In this document: positions 39,300 through 52,082 of the stretch, piece after piece | How positions within the stretch are numbered: position 1 is the first letter of the stretch | How the letters are laid out: the number at the start of each line of letters is the position of its first letter | Assembly (NCBI RefSeq): GCF_006345805.1 | Contig: NC_043004.1 | Span: 60,512,001 to 60,576,000 of the forward strand | Direction: 5' to 3' | From: Octopus sinensis | Taxonomy: Eukaryota | DNA length: 64,000 bases | Made by a program: the position numbers and the translations under genes | The notes under the pieces: generated by a model | Told to the model about the DNA's origin: nothing | What the model saw: only the letters and a program-made list of their open reading frames with translations | The model's database searches: none

Positions 39300-39694
39300 G
39301 AAAGAGAGAGAGAAAGAGAGAGATAGATAGATAAACACACAAATGTAAATGCATGTATATATATATATTTATATATCTATGTGTGTGTGTGTGTAAGTGT
39401 GCGTGTGTGTGTCCCCCAAATGTGACAAAATTCACTAACCAGTATCAGTATTGCCGTACATAGAACAACTTCTATGTACAACTTAATAGCCACAGAAGCA
39501 TTATCTTAATAACTAACAAGCGAGGCAAGCTCTCTACGACAGCATTGTCAGTCATTAAGATAGTGCTTCTGTGGCTACTGAGTTGATTTGACTCTTATTT
39601 CTAGCAATACTGTTGCTGTTTAATACCCTTTGTCACTTTCAAAACCTATAAATTTCTGCCTGTGGTTATAAACCTGCGAAATAGGCACACATAT

Positions 39695-39726
<32 letters not shown>

Positions 39727-39803
39727 TATAGGTTTATACATGTACATATCCTTATACATACTGTACGTACATATATATAATTATATAATATATATATATA
39801 TAC

Positions 39804-39840
<37 letters not shown>

Positions 39841-39932
39841 TATATAATATATATATATATATAATATATATATATATGTATGTATATGTAAGCTTGTATA
39901 TATATATATGTACATATATATATATATATATC

Positions 39933-39967
<35 letters not shown>

Positions 39968-40180
39968 ATGTAAGCTTGTATATATATATATGTACATACA
40001 TATATATATGTGTGTGTGTGTGAATGTGTGTGCCTGCGTGGTGTTTGTGCGCGTGACTCAAAAAATGAAGAATATTAAAACTGAAATCTCTCTCGTTAAG
40101 TATGTACTTGCGCAGAGGTGAATGTGTATATATCTGTAAGTGCACGTGTGTGGATGTGTGTATATACATACACACACCGC

Positions 40181-40284
40181 AGGAGTGGCTGTGTGGTAAG
40201 TAGCTTGCCTACCAACCACATGGTTCTGGGTTCAATCCCACTGCGTGGCATCTTGGGCAAGTGTCTTCTACTATAGCCTTGGGC
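40181..40284 (+). mobile_element. 5' half of a type B SINE
   Basis: AGGAGTGGCTGTGTGGTAAG..CTTGGGCAAGTGTCTTCTACTATAGCCTTGGGC, then abrupt break. Confidence 0.88.
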
Positions 40285-40569
40285 ATACACTTTCAGTATT
40301 GTAGTAAATCGTGTGAATCATAAATAGCGTCCAATAATATATTGCGTATGTACAGGCTTGCAAGACAAAAGCATGTTTACCTACACATATGACCGCACTA
40401 AGTTGAATATGATGAATACACATAGATACTCTCTTTTACTCTTTTACTTGTTTCAGTCATTTGACTACTCTAAGTAGGACGTTTAATTTGAAAACTAGAA
40501 ATTTTTTCTCCGTGTAAATACATACATACATTCGTACATAAATTCTTATATTTGAATGTGTATGTATGT

Positions 40570-40781
40570 GTTTGTGTGTCAGTGTTTGTCCCTCTGGCAT
40601 TGCTTGACAACCGATGCTGGTGTGTTTACGTCCCCGTCACCTAGCGGTTCGGCAAAAGAGACCGATAGAATAAGTACTGGGCTCACAAAGAATAAGTCCC
40701 GGGGTAGATTTGCTCGGCTAAAGGCGGTGCTCCAGCATGGCCGCAGTCAAATGACTGAAACAAGTAAAAGAGTAAAAGAGA
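40570..40781 (+). mobile_element. 3' half of a type B SINE
   Basis: GTGTTTGTCCC..CAGTCAAATGACTGAAACAAGTAAAAGAG. Confidence 0.88.
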
Positions 40782-41381
40782 GTATCTATGTGTATTCATC
40801 ATATTCAACTTAGTGCGCTCATATGTGTAGGTAAACATACTTTTGTCTTACGCAATATATTATTGGACGCTATTTATGATTCACACGATTTACTACAATA
40901 CTGAATATAGAAGCTATATGAAAAGCTCAGACTTCAGTTAACAGTGTTTATTAAATCAAAAGCGTGTGTCCTTGCTTAAAGAAATTAGTAATATATTGGA
41001 GAATACAACTCTTCTATAGAAGGTCAGGTGGAAATTAAGTCTGTGAAATTAGAAGTAATAGAAAACAGTTATGGTTGGTGTAACGATTTTCTACAGAAAT
41101 AACTGCCTACTTACTAAGTATAGCATTCGTGTTTATCGTTACGGTCAACTGAAAATGCCGAAAACATCTCCTTTCCCAGAAGAGAACTATGATTACGCTA
41201 AGTAGGATGTATAATTTGAAAACTAGAAATTTTTTCTCCGTGTAAATACATGCATACATTCGTACATAAATTCTTATATTTGAATGTTTCATATTTACAT
41301 GTATTTATTTTTATATACATATATGCATTTATGTATGTATGTATAAATGTATGTATCTATGTACGTGTGTGTGTGTGTGTC

Positions 41382-41423
<42 letters not shown>

Positions 41424-41640
41424 ATGCGAGTAACAGTGTCGTTGAATTATGTTCTACGAATGAAGAGAGAATTTAGTACAAGATCTAGTGTGTATAACTT
41501 ATTGTATCTGAATTTCTTTCTCACGCATTAGATCCCGGGCTACCGCGATGTCCAAGAGAGAAATATACGTACAAACATACAAACTTAAGCACTTCTTTTA
41601 TGTATATAATATGTATTATATGTATTATACATTATATATA

Positions 41641-41798
41641 AGGAGTGGCTGTATGGTAAATAGCTTGCTAACAAACCACATGGTTCCGGGTTCAGCCCCA
41701 CCGCGTGGCATCTTGGGCAAGTGTCTTCTGCTATAGCCTCGGGCCGACCAAAGCCTTGTGAGTGGATTTGGTAGACGGAAACTGAAAGAAGCCTGTCG

Positions 41799-41844
<46 letters not shown>

Positions 41845-42060
41845 TGTGTGTGTATGTGTTTGTGTGTCTGTGTTTGTCCCTCTAGCATTGCTTGACAACC
41901 GATGCTGGTGTGTTTAAGTCCCCGTCACTTAGTAGTTCGGCAAAAGAGTCCGATAGAATAAGTACTGGGCTTACAAAGAATAAATCCCGGGCTCGATTTG
42001 CTCTACTAAAGGCAGTGATCCAGCATGGCCGCAGTCAAATGACTGAAACAAGTAAAAGAG
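41641..42060 (+). mobile_element. Full-length tRNA-derived CORE-like SINE (type B)
   Basis: A/B-box-like head (GGTTCAGCCCCA), CTTGGGCAAGTGTCTT core, internal (TA)n, GAAACAAGTAAAAGAG tail. Confidence 0.92.
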
Positions 42061-43341
42061 TAATACATATTTATGCATACATCCAGAGGTGCATATGTTT
42101 GCATGTTAACATACAAACTTACATATATACACACATACACAAGCACGCACTTACATATATATGGTGAAATGCTTCGAGAAAACATTGTAATAAGCATTAT
42201 TAAAAGAAGTGAAGTGCACACAAACTTCATGTTGGGAAACGAACAGTTTTATGAAAATGAAATATTAGTATATTCGACTGGTTCCGTTTATGCTATCCAT
42301 GAATAAGAAGAGAGTGATAATGATATAAATTCATGCCATAATAATACGTTTTTGCACCATGATAGTAAGAGAACAGGTAATTCGTATATGTATCGGAAGG
42401 ATTATAAGTTTGAAGAGAGTTAACGAGTGATTGTTATTATTGAAAACAGGAAATGTAAGAACCCATTCTGTTTTTGGAAAATAAATTGATTTTATGTAAA
42501 TTAAAATGATATGTATTCATGAACTAAAATTACGTGCCCACACACACACTTTCCTTTCTCTGTCTCCTATTTCTCTATTCATATTTGCTCAATAAGTATA
42601 AAATATATAAATGAAGTGAAAATGTAAGAACCATATTATTTTTTTTATTATTCAGTAGGTTTTCAGCAATTTTCAACTATATTTATTTGTAATTGCTATG
42701 TACTCCAGACAGTTTAAAAGTAACATTTCCTTTCCGACAGTTTAGAGGACATTTTGCTAAGAAAGATTGAAGCAATATATATGACGAAAAATTTCACCAT
42801 GTCTTCGTTATATATGATAATAGCTACTCACGCAGCTGGTAGACCCAATCAAAGGCTCAAACACACCTAACTTCATACCTATTATCAGGACTGCTATATT
42901 ATATATGGATTGAACCAAAGTTTTGAAAAGTCCATCTTGCACGGCTATCACAAGACCTTAAAGCAGGTACGTAGAAGAATATGGACCGAAAATTTCCTTT
43001 CCTCAACCAAGGAATCTCTACAATGAAATCTCGCTCGATGAAACACATTCTCTCTATGTAACCAAACGATTTTTACATCTACAGCTAGAAAACATGGAGT
43101 TTCCGAAGCAATCCTGCATAACACACATTTTCGAAAATCACACAAATGGGAAACCGGAAGACTGCCTGTGTGTGTTTACACACCCGCACACACACATACA
43201 CACACATACAAGCACACAAACCAACAAAGGCATACAGGGACAAAAAACACATACTGATATACATATGTATTTAAGGTGTGAATGCACGTAAGGTTGTATG
43301 TGTGAATGTGTATATGTATGTATGTATGAATGTATATATAT

Positions 43342-43402
<61 letters not shown>

Positions 43403-43929
43403 ATATATATATTATATATATATATATATAATATGTGTGTGTTTGTGTATATGTGTTTGTACCAATTTTATATAGTGTATGCATGTGAAAATATCTGGTA
43501 TGTAAATATTGATGTTGAGTTTCATGTGTTTGTTCCATTTCACTCCGGAAATGAATGCTGTGGAGATAATCATTGTTATTACAGTGAAATTTCATGTTAC
43601 ATGTTTTCCTGGCTAATATGGACAGAAATTATTGACAAAAAATATTCTATTACAAAACAATTTCAAAGTCTATTCTCCAGCTTTGTCTTGGAATATGTAT
43701 GTATGCATATGTATATATTCTCTATGAATATTCATACATGCTGTGTTTTCTGTCTTCATAAATAATTGGCGTCTTTCTTCATTTTCTTGTTTTGAACGGC
43801 ATTACTGATTTCTTTCTGACTTTCTCATTGTGTTTTCTTGGCAGAAATATGGGGTGATTTGCAATTGCCATCTCCAACTTGATTCCCTTCGACATCCTCC
43901 TTACAAGACTAAGCAGCTACTGAAGTAGG

Positions 43930-44310
43930 GGACCAATTTTCGTCGCTGACCGCTCGGCCATGTAACAGACACCATTGGCTTACATGCGACCATTGGCTTA
44001 CATGCGACCATGAGCAGCTTACACCTGACTATGATGAGATATTTGAATTGACATAAGTAGGTGAAAGACAACAACTCCTGAAGTTTGTGAAAACACGAAA
44101 GCAATTCTATTATGGCAAGCAGAGGTTTGGAAAATATTATTATTGAAGGAAGCGTACAACGCAGTGAATCAAAAGGCAGGCAGAAAATGCAACGGAGGGT
44201 CAATATTAAGTGCTGGTTAGACAAAATTGAGAAGGCGGTTGGAGAACTCTCGCTAAATCGGGAAGACTTTACACGGAGCGTCATCAAGACGTACGTTACA
44301 TGACGATGAC
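43930..44310 (+). mobile_element. 3' fragment of an RTE-clade LINE (degraded)
   Basis: QLLKFVKTRK..MASRGLENIIIEGSVQRSESKGRQK..NIKCWLD..NREDF resembles the RTE C-terminus (LE..I..G...G.R..GR). Confidence 0.6.
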
Positions 44311-44686
44311 GATTACTGGCTTCATGCCTATTATCTCTTTGATGACTATCCAGTCCCATTGTAGATTTGCATAATTGAGTACGTCCAACATTTTAAGTCT
44401 ACATACGTTACCACATTTCAATCGCCATTAGTTTTTTTGTGTTGAAATGAAAATGTCAAATGAATCCACCGTAACAAACATCTGCACATCATTGGATCCT
44501 AGTCATAAACGTTTGTATAAAATGGGCGCCACTCTCTAAGCCTATGATATTAGTATTTATAGGTACGTTGAAAAGTGATGATCAGTAATCTTGTGAAACA
44601 GCAGATTTTTCATCAGTGTGCTTTTATTTTTTTTTATTTTTAAAGATGCTCTAACAATAACTAGGGGGTTCACACTCCCACTTTTT

Positions 44687-45947
44687 TATTAGGTTGTTCT
44701 GAATATAATGGCCGTTTTCAGAAACATAATTTTGTTCGAGAAAAGTTAACAACAGAAATGTTTTCATTAGTCAAATATTAGCCGTGAATATCTACGCATC
44801 TTAACCATCTATCAACGAGATTCTTTATGCTTCGTTGATAAAAACTGATTGGCTTCAATGTTAAGAAATCTTTGAAAGCTGAACACTTAAAAACGTGTTA
44901 AAATGCTTAAAAAAGTGGTAGTCAGTGGGAGAAAGATCAGGAGAATATAGAGGATGTGGTAAAATCCCGTATCTCAAGTATGTGAGTTCCTGCAGATTCA
45001 TTCTTGCAACATGTGGCTTTGCATTATCGTGGAGAAGAATTGAGTCACGCCGATTCACCAATGCAGGTCTCATTTTTTGCAAGTGAGCATACATTTCAGC
45101 GAGTTGATTGCAGTAAACTTCTGTTGTAATGCTCTGATTGGCTTCCAGAAAGATGTAATGGACAACACCAATTGCAGATCACCAGACAGTCACTATAATC
45201 TTTTGCTGATGCAACTTTGGCTTTGGGAAATATTTGGGGGACTCATCACGATCACGCCATTGACTTGATCATTCACGATCGTTCACAGTTATCATAAATC
45301 GATCCACTTTTCGTCAGAAGTGACTGTTCAGTTAAAAACGGTTTGTTGGTGCTTCGCAGAAGGAGCATTGCTAACACTTCAAAACACCGATTTTTGTTTT
45401 CATTGAGCTCATGCAGTAACGTTTCATCGAGGCTTTTCACCCAACCAACCTTTTGTAGATTGCGTGAGACCGTTGCAATATCGAAATCAAGTGCCTCAGA
45501 CATTTCTCTGACACTTTGACGTGGGTTTTGTTCAACAATTGTTTTCAGTTGTTCATTGTCATGACTGCATGACTTTCCTGTACTTTCTTCATCTCCAAGG
45601 GTCTCATCACCACTACGGAATTTTTGAAACCACCTTCGTACTGTGCAATAACTTATGGACCTATCTCCCCATACTCTATTGATACTGGCAGCAGTTTCGG
45701 AGGCATTTTACCCAAACTTGGACGTATGCAAGTAAAGTAAGGGATGGTCCTTTTTCGTCATGCTCATAAATATAGGCCCCTATGCTTCAAGAATGTCTTC
45801 TGCCCGAAACAAGTAGAAAATTATTAAAGAGCATACTCCAGTTATAAAGTATGTCGAAAATCAGCTATGATATAATGCAAATACTATGATAAAATTTCGT
45901 TTCAAAACAACACTTAAAGTGACCATTATTTTTGGAACAACCAAATA
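44687..45947 (-). mobile_element. Full-length-size mariner transposon (DD34D, Hsmar1/SETMAR-like), inactivated
   Basis: Imperfect ~27-bp TIRs (TATTAGGTTGTTCTGAATATAATGGCC / GACCATTATTTTTGGAACAACCAAATA) with terminal TA, 1261 bp. Minus strand: TVRRWFQKFRSGDETL, VEQNPRQSVREMSEAL, ILLHDNAKPHVA, HPLYSPDLSPTDYHFF. Confidence 0.92.
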
Positions 45948-46167
45948 ATTTGATGTCAGTTGACGTCCCTCAGTTCATCCGTCTTTTAACGGGTCATACT
46001 TTTCATAGTTTAGGGTTTCCCAAAATGAATCTACTCACCAAGGAAGCTTGCTAAAGATGCCGTCTTAATCACACTCGAACTGACTATGCAGTAATTTCTA
46101 CGGGGCTGCATGTTGGGAGTAGTACGCAAGAGCAACCTTTACATAAACGACGCTCCTATGAAATAGG

Positions 46168-46199
<32 letters not shown>

Positions 46200-46975
46200 G
46201 CATGTAAGCTTATATAGTTTTGTCTGGCATCTCTATACAACGGTTGAGAAATATTTTCCAAGAATATCTCGGTTGCATTCATTTTAACAAAAGAGAAACA
46301 AGGACATGACTACGCATGTGAACAAACCAATTTTTAAATATTTATATCACACAACTACAATATATGACCGTTCTTAAGTTACTATTCAAAGAATATGTAA
46401 ATGTAAATATTGGCTATATTCAGAGATACGCTGCTGGTTTGTATCAAGAGAATGGAAATAACTGCAGATTTACAATAGTGAACATTTCTAAGCAGTCAAA
46501 TAAGTCTAGCATTTAAGCTGTTTGGTTGAGTCTCAATACTATGTTTATGCATGTGTGCGGAAACATGATGTTTTTTTGTTTGTTTTTTAATTATTTTTCA
46601 ACGTAGTATAAAGTATTTGACTTTTATTTCGGTTGCAAGGTTTTCTAACATTCATATTTAAAATACTTGGTTCTAGCAAAGATACAAGAACTAAAATTTA
46701 GAGGAGAGATGAAATGTGAACTCAGACCATAAAATACCAGAAAAACACAAGACATTTTTGTTCGATGCTTTAACAATTCTGTAATCTCACGTATTTTGGT
46801 ATTTCTATTTGCAAGATCCCGGCGTTAAATTTGTCAAAATTTGTGTCAAATTACTTTAATCCACAAATGAAACGTTTCTTTTCTGCTTTGTTTTAAACTT
46901 CCAATTGTAACTTTGAAATATGAATAAGCATTTCTTTATTGAATAAAACATATTTCCGTTTTATTTTCAAGCTGC

Positions 46976-47393
46976 AGGAGTGGCTGTGTGGTAAGTAGCT
47001 TGCTTACGAACCACATGGTTCCAGATTCAGTCCCAGTCTCACCTTGGGCAAGTGTCTTCTACTATTGCCTCTGGCCGACCAAAGCCTTGTGAGTGGATTT
47101 GGTAGCCGGAAACTGAAAGAAGCCCGTCGTATGCAGGTATATATATATATATATATATATATGTAACTATGTATGTGTGTATATGTTTGTGTGTCTGTGT
47201 TTGTCCTCCCAACATAGCTTTACAACCGATGCTGGTGTGCTATCGTCCCCGTAACTTAGCGGTTCGGTATAAGATACCGATAGGATAAGTACTAAGTTTA
47301 CAAAGAATAAGTCCTGGGATCGATTTGCTCAACGAAAGGCGGCGCTCCAGCGTGGCCGCAGTCAAATGACTGAAACAAGTAAAAGAGTAAAAG
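46976..47393 (+). mobile_element. Full-length tRNA-derived CORE-like SINE (type B)
   Basis: Same architecture as 41641-42060. Confidence 0.92.
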
Positions 47394-49464
47394 TGTAAAC
47401 TTTTTTTCTTTTTCTATAAGAAAAAGTAATTTTTCTTTTAGAATAAATATTTATATGGGTTTTTTCACAACCGAAAGTACACCGAATTCCATGCAATCAA
47501 TCCAAGCTGTTTCTTGATAGCCATTACAATTTTTGAGAATATAACACTTTTTGAGAATACAACACTTTTAATCCACAGTGCGCTCCATTCTATATTACTC
47601 CGCTTTGAATACCAACATGTTCTTATTTATATACAGTGTTCAATAAAATATGTCAGCCAAAAGTGTGCCAGGCTTCAACATGATGTTTGTGTTGGATGGT
47701 TGATCATACACATTTTATACAAGTATGTTAAATAATGGTCCGCCTTAGTACCTCATTTGGCATTTGTTTTGTAGTTTATAGAAAACATCTCCAAGATCAG
47801 CTGGTGGAACATCTACCCACTTATTTACTATGCAGTAACATACATAAGAATCCTGTTGTATTGACCCGTCATGCTAAGTTTTCGAATTATTTCCAGAGGT
47901 GGAAGAAACAAAAGTAAACAGGTTGTTATTACCAGACACTCGAATGTCAGAATCAATGACATCCAACTATACGTATGTTTTCAGTTATACTGTGTCCCAA
48001 AATTTCACGCGGTTGAGTTCAAGATTTGATTCGAAGGTTTATGGTTTAATGTTTTCTACACAAATACAAGGGGCAAATATCGTCTCCATAACGATGTTTC
48101 AGCAGACATAAATATTAATGTTTTGCATTTGTAAAACATCATGACTGATGTTGATTTTCCCATCCGGAAACCATTAGAGATTCTGATTACGGTGCTCAGT
48201 ATTTGGTTTGTTTCATGAATAAAAGGACCTTGAATGATGAATTGTTCTTGATTTAATGCATTTTGTAAATATTCCATGAAAATTAATTACTTAATGGTCA
48301 TCGGAACAGAGATGGATGTAAATGGTAATTGTTTAAAGAGACAAACCCTTCTAATCGACATTTTACTTTATGGAAAATTTAGGAAAGCTTCCACAAGAAC
48401 ATCTGTAAGGATTTTGGAAGGTATCACTGGCATATTCTTAGTTTATTATTTTTTTCTGTCTAAAAGGAGTAATGTGGATCTCAGAAAGTGAATGTTTCTT
48501 TTGCTATGTCGCTCTTATTTCATGTGACCGGGTACTAGGAAAACCTCCAACTCTACATCGATAGCATCTTTTGGAGCGAGGGTCTTAATCTTTGTTGCTA
48601 AAGAATCCTTTCACTATAACTTCTGTTTCTCTTCTTCATTGCATAAAACATCGATTGTAAATCTCCATAATAACGGTGACCAAGTCAATATAATGAGAGA
48701 AACATCAAGTGGATATATAAAGTTGTGTAAGTTATTTGGATATAGTTTTATTGCTGACAAAAGAAGAGCGATGAAATAGGCTTCCACAGTGTCTTTGGTA
48801 TTGCCTTTATCATGGCGAATCTTAGCAATCATACTGTTGCTTAATTCTAAAGCAGAAAATCATCTCACCAGCCGAGATGGTTTTTGCAGCAATTTTTGGC
48901 ACAATTTCTTTCTACAACTTTGTTCAGAAGAATAGAGCTATCGAATGGTGTAGGAGAGGCAACAATATTTTCTTACGAAAGTTGTTTCATCCGATGACGT
49001 GAGAGAGATAATCACTTATATATACTTGGTTCTTACATAATCTGTATTTTGAAAATATATTTCTGCTTCCATTATCTATATACACGTTAGCATACGTTCG
49101 TATTTCATTAAAACGCTTATGTCACGTAAGTATATAGTAAATGCTGAATCAAATATCAATAATACATCGCATTATGCTTATACTTTCAACAAGGTAAAAT
49201 AACAATACAATTATTTCCATCAAAATGCTTTCGATTTCTGCGAAAGCATTTCCCAGGAGTATTCCTAGACTGTGTGTGTTTGTGTGCTTTTGTATATCAA
49301 GTATACATTAATATATATGTATGTGTGCGTGTATGTATATGTATAAAAGCATACACATCCATATGTATATAATATAGACATATATAATAAATACACAGGC
49401 ACATATATATATATGTAAAATTTACAGAAATGCTGAAGAGGAGATGAAGTATACACACACGCAT

Positions 49465-49525
<61 letters not shown>

Positions 49526-49526
49526 A

Positions 49527-49800
49527 GTAGGTGAATGAATTATCCTAGTATTGATAATTCGGTTAACCGATACCTGCGTAGCAAATTCACGTCAGAAAAC
49601 ACGGTTGAAGCTACATACCAAGGGTAGGAACTCTGTGTTCTTGTGTGGTAATTTGTGTAATATTTAAAATGAATAAAAGAATGGAGTCGAACGAGGATTT
49701 TAACACAATTCCTTTAATTTCAACACATGTTTCGAAGACTGCATATTCTTAATTCTGAAGGAATAAGGTGCATTATGCCGTCTTCTCATCAGCAAAGTCA
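49527..49800 (-). repeat. PLE terminal-repeat-like sequence containing a hammerhead-like motif
   Basis: Homologous to 5374-5605. Lies downstream of the minus-strand PLE ORF 50312..51223. Confidence 0.65.
49715..49798 (-). ncRNA. Type-I hammerhead-like motif (long stem II loop)
   Basis: Minus strand CUGAUGA-GAAGAC-(40 nt)-GUCUUC-GAAAC-AUGU-GUU. Stem II is a perfect 6 bp; stem I is imperfect. Confidence 0.4.
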
Positions 49801-50311
49801 AGGAAAATCAATCAGCCTCAAGACGGACAAAAACTTTTCTATGGCTTGCTACATATTAACCACAATGATAATGAGTGATTTAAAAATCCGTTAAAAGCAA
49901 TGACGTCAAAATTGTTTGGAAGAGGAATTTAGGAAAATAAGAACGGGACAGTATGCATGCTGTATGAATATGGATGCGGGGGTTTGCTCTGGTTAATAAG
50001 TTTTATTGCTTATGTGTGTGTATGAGTGTGTGTATATAACTGCATTTATGTCTATGTATGTATATGTGTGTAAACATGTATAGGTAGGGGCCGGTTGTCA
50101 GATGAATATAACAGTAAAGCGAGAAATTTGTGTCTGTGTGTTTGATTAAGCGTATGACAGAGACAGATAAGTAGAAAGAGAGAGGGAAAGGTAGAGAGGA
50201 AGGGATGAACATACGCCAGTGACATATAGTATCATTGTTTTATGTAACGGATTAGACATAAAAGGGACGTGAAATTAAATACTAAAACAGAGAAATTTTC
50301 AATATTAATTA

Positions 50312-51200
50312 TCATTTATATGAATGAAAAGTGTGTTTTTGCCAGTGCATACACTTATAGGGTTTTTCTGTTAACGTGTTAACTAATTGGAACTTGGCGA
50401 AAATTATATGGTAGAGTTCGGAAATACAAATTCCGCAAAATTTCCTGCCCTTATCAAAAGGAAAGGATACAGACAATATGGACCGATCCAGCTTAAAAGT
50501 TATATTATTGTCCTCAAGACGCCAAACTAATTTACTTAGTCCTGTGCTCTGTTGTTTTCTCTTATCTCGGAACGTTGAATAATGATTGGAAATTCTCTCT
50601 GACAATTTGGAAGTTGTTGCCCTAATATAAAAGAAGACATCGGTACCGATAGAAATTCTACATTGGTAAATTGTATTCTTAATTTTGGAGTTACTGGACA
50701 AGAACCTTAATCTGTTAGGGTTTCCTTCGGAGATTGAGACTGAATTATTAATGATATGATTGCTGTTTATATTACTGTTAGTCTTAACCCGTACATTATT
50801 TCTATTATTATTATTATTATCATTATCATTATTATTATTAATATTAATTGCATTACAACCGGCAATATTCCTGGCAATAGAAATGTTGTTGTTGATACCA
50901 TCAACACTACCATTGTTATCAGCCCGACCAGTGCTATTATTAATACTATCATTGCCTACACTAACGTTGCTAAGAATGTTGCTACTATCAATACTATTTC
51001 TATTAATATTATTGTATGTTTGGTTGGAATCGATAAAAATAGTGTTGGATCTTCCGGGTGAAGGATCTCTGTTTAGCAGCTTGTTATTATGGGAAGCGAT
51101 AATTTGTGAAAGATTTCTAGTGTTAGAGAATGCAATTCTCATCTTATGTGAAATTATAATAGAATAATACCTAGAATTCCTGGGAAAGTTGCTAGCCACT
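50312..51200 (-). mobile_element. Penelope-like element 3' coding part: thumb, Asn-rich linker, GIY-YIG endonuclease (open frame)
   Basis: MRIAFSNTRNLSQIIASHNNKLL, Asn-rich linker, KNTIYQCRI..FFYIRATTSKLSERISNHYSTFR..STGLSKLVW..CGICISE..KCMH. Confidence 0.82.
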
Positions 51201-51338
51201 GCTTCACGGAACTTTTTATTCATTATATATATATATATATATATATGTAAAATTTACAGAAATCCTGAAGAGGAGGTGAAGTATACACACACGCATTCAT
51301 ACACACACACACACACACACGCACACACCACACACACA

Positions 51339-51420
<82 letters not shown>

Positions 51421-51422
<2 letters not shown>

Positions 51423-51600
51423 GAATGTTTACCAAAATAGACAAAAGACGAAGGCAGGTGGAGTACAAACAAACAAATGTATTAGTATAGCGCTCAGGAA
51501 TAGAAATAGAAGAAATATTTTACGTTTCGAGCCTACGCTCTTCGACAGAAAGATACACAGAAAAAAACATGGAGAGAAAAAATGCAAAATGCGTGTAGGA
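51421..51600. repeat. Dispersed repeat, second copy at 63603-63790
   Basis: AGACGAAGGCAGGTGGA(G/A)TACAAACAAACAA..TACGTTTCGAGCCTACGCTCTTC(G/A)ACAGAAAGATACACAG. Both copies directly follow (TA)n. Confidence 0.88.
51516..51553 (-). ncRNA. Minimal type-I hammerhead-like motif (CUGUCGA core)
   Basis: UCUUU-CUGUCGA-A-GAGC-GUAG-GCUC-GAAAC-GUA-AAAUA. One stem I mismatch. Confidence 0.42.
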
Positions 51601-52014
51601 GAGAGAGAGAGTTTACAGAAATGCCGAAGACGAGGTGCTGTTGATTGATGATGGTGATGATGGCAGTGTGGTACTCCGCTGAAGTTGATTTCTGTACTTA
51701 TGGAAATGTTGTTTACATGACTAACGTAGCTTGAGGAATCTTTTAATGACAAAGTTTTCAAGCACACATTTATTACAATAAAAATAAGCAAAGGAACAAA
51801 GTGAATGATAAATTAGAGTATTTAACGCATTATATATAAATATATACATTTTAAAATATACTATGATAGATACATAAATATATATATATATACACGTTTA
51901 TATATGTGTGTAGGTATATATATATATATATATATATATATCCATATATGTATATATGTATGTTTGCATTTATATACGCATGTGTGTATTTATGTATACA
52001 TATACATACATACA

Positions 52015-52082
<68 letters not shown>

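Noticed and set aside
42920-42975. 36-nt micro-exon SILHGYHKTLKQ before a GTACGT donor
   Set aside because: Weak acceptor and no supporting neighbouring exons; expected by chance.
38729-43765. Many IYIYIY/HTHT/CVCV ORFs (also elsewhere in the window)
   Set aside because: Translations of (TA)n and (CA)n.
43971-44010. 18-bp direct repeat ACCATTGGCTTACATGCG x2
   Set aside because: Simple slippage duplication inside a dead LINE fragment.
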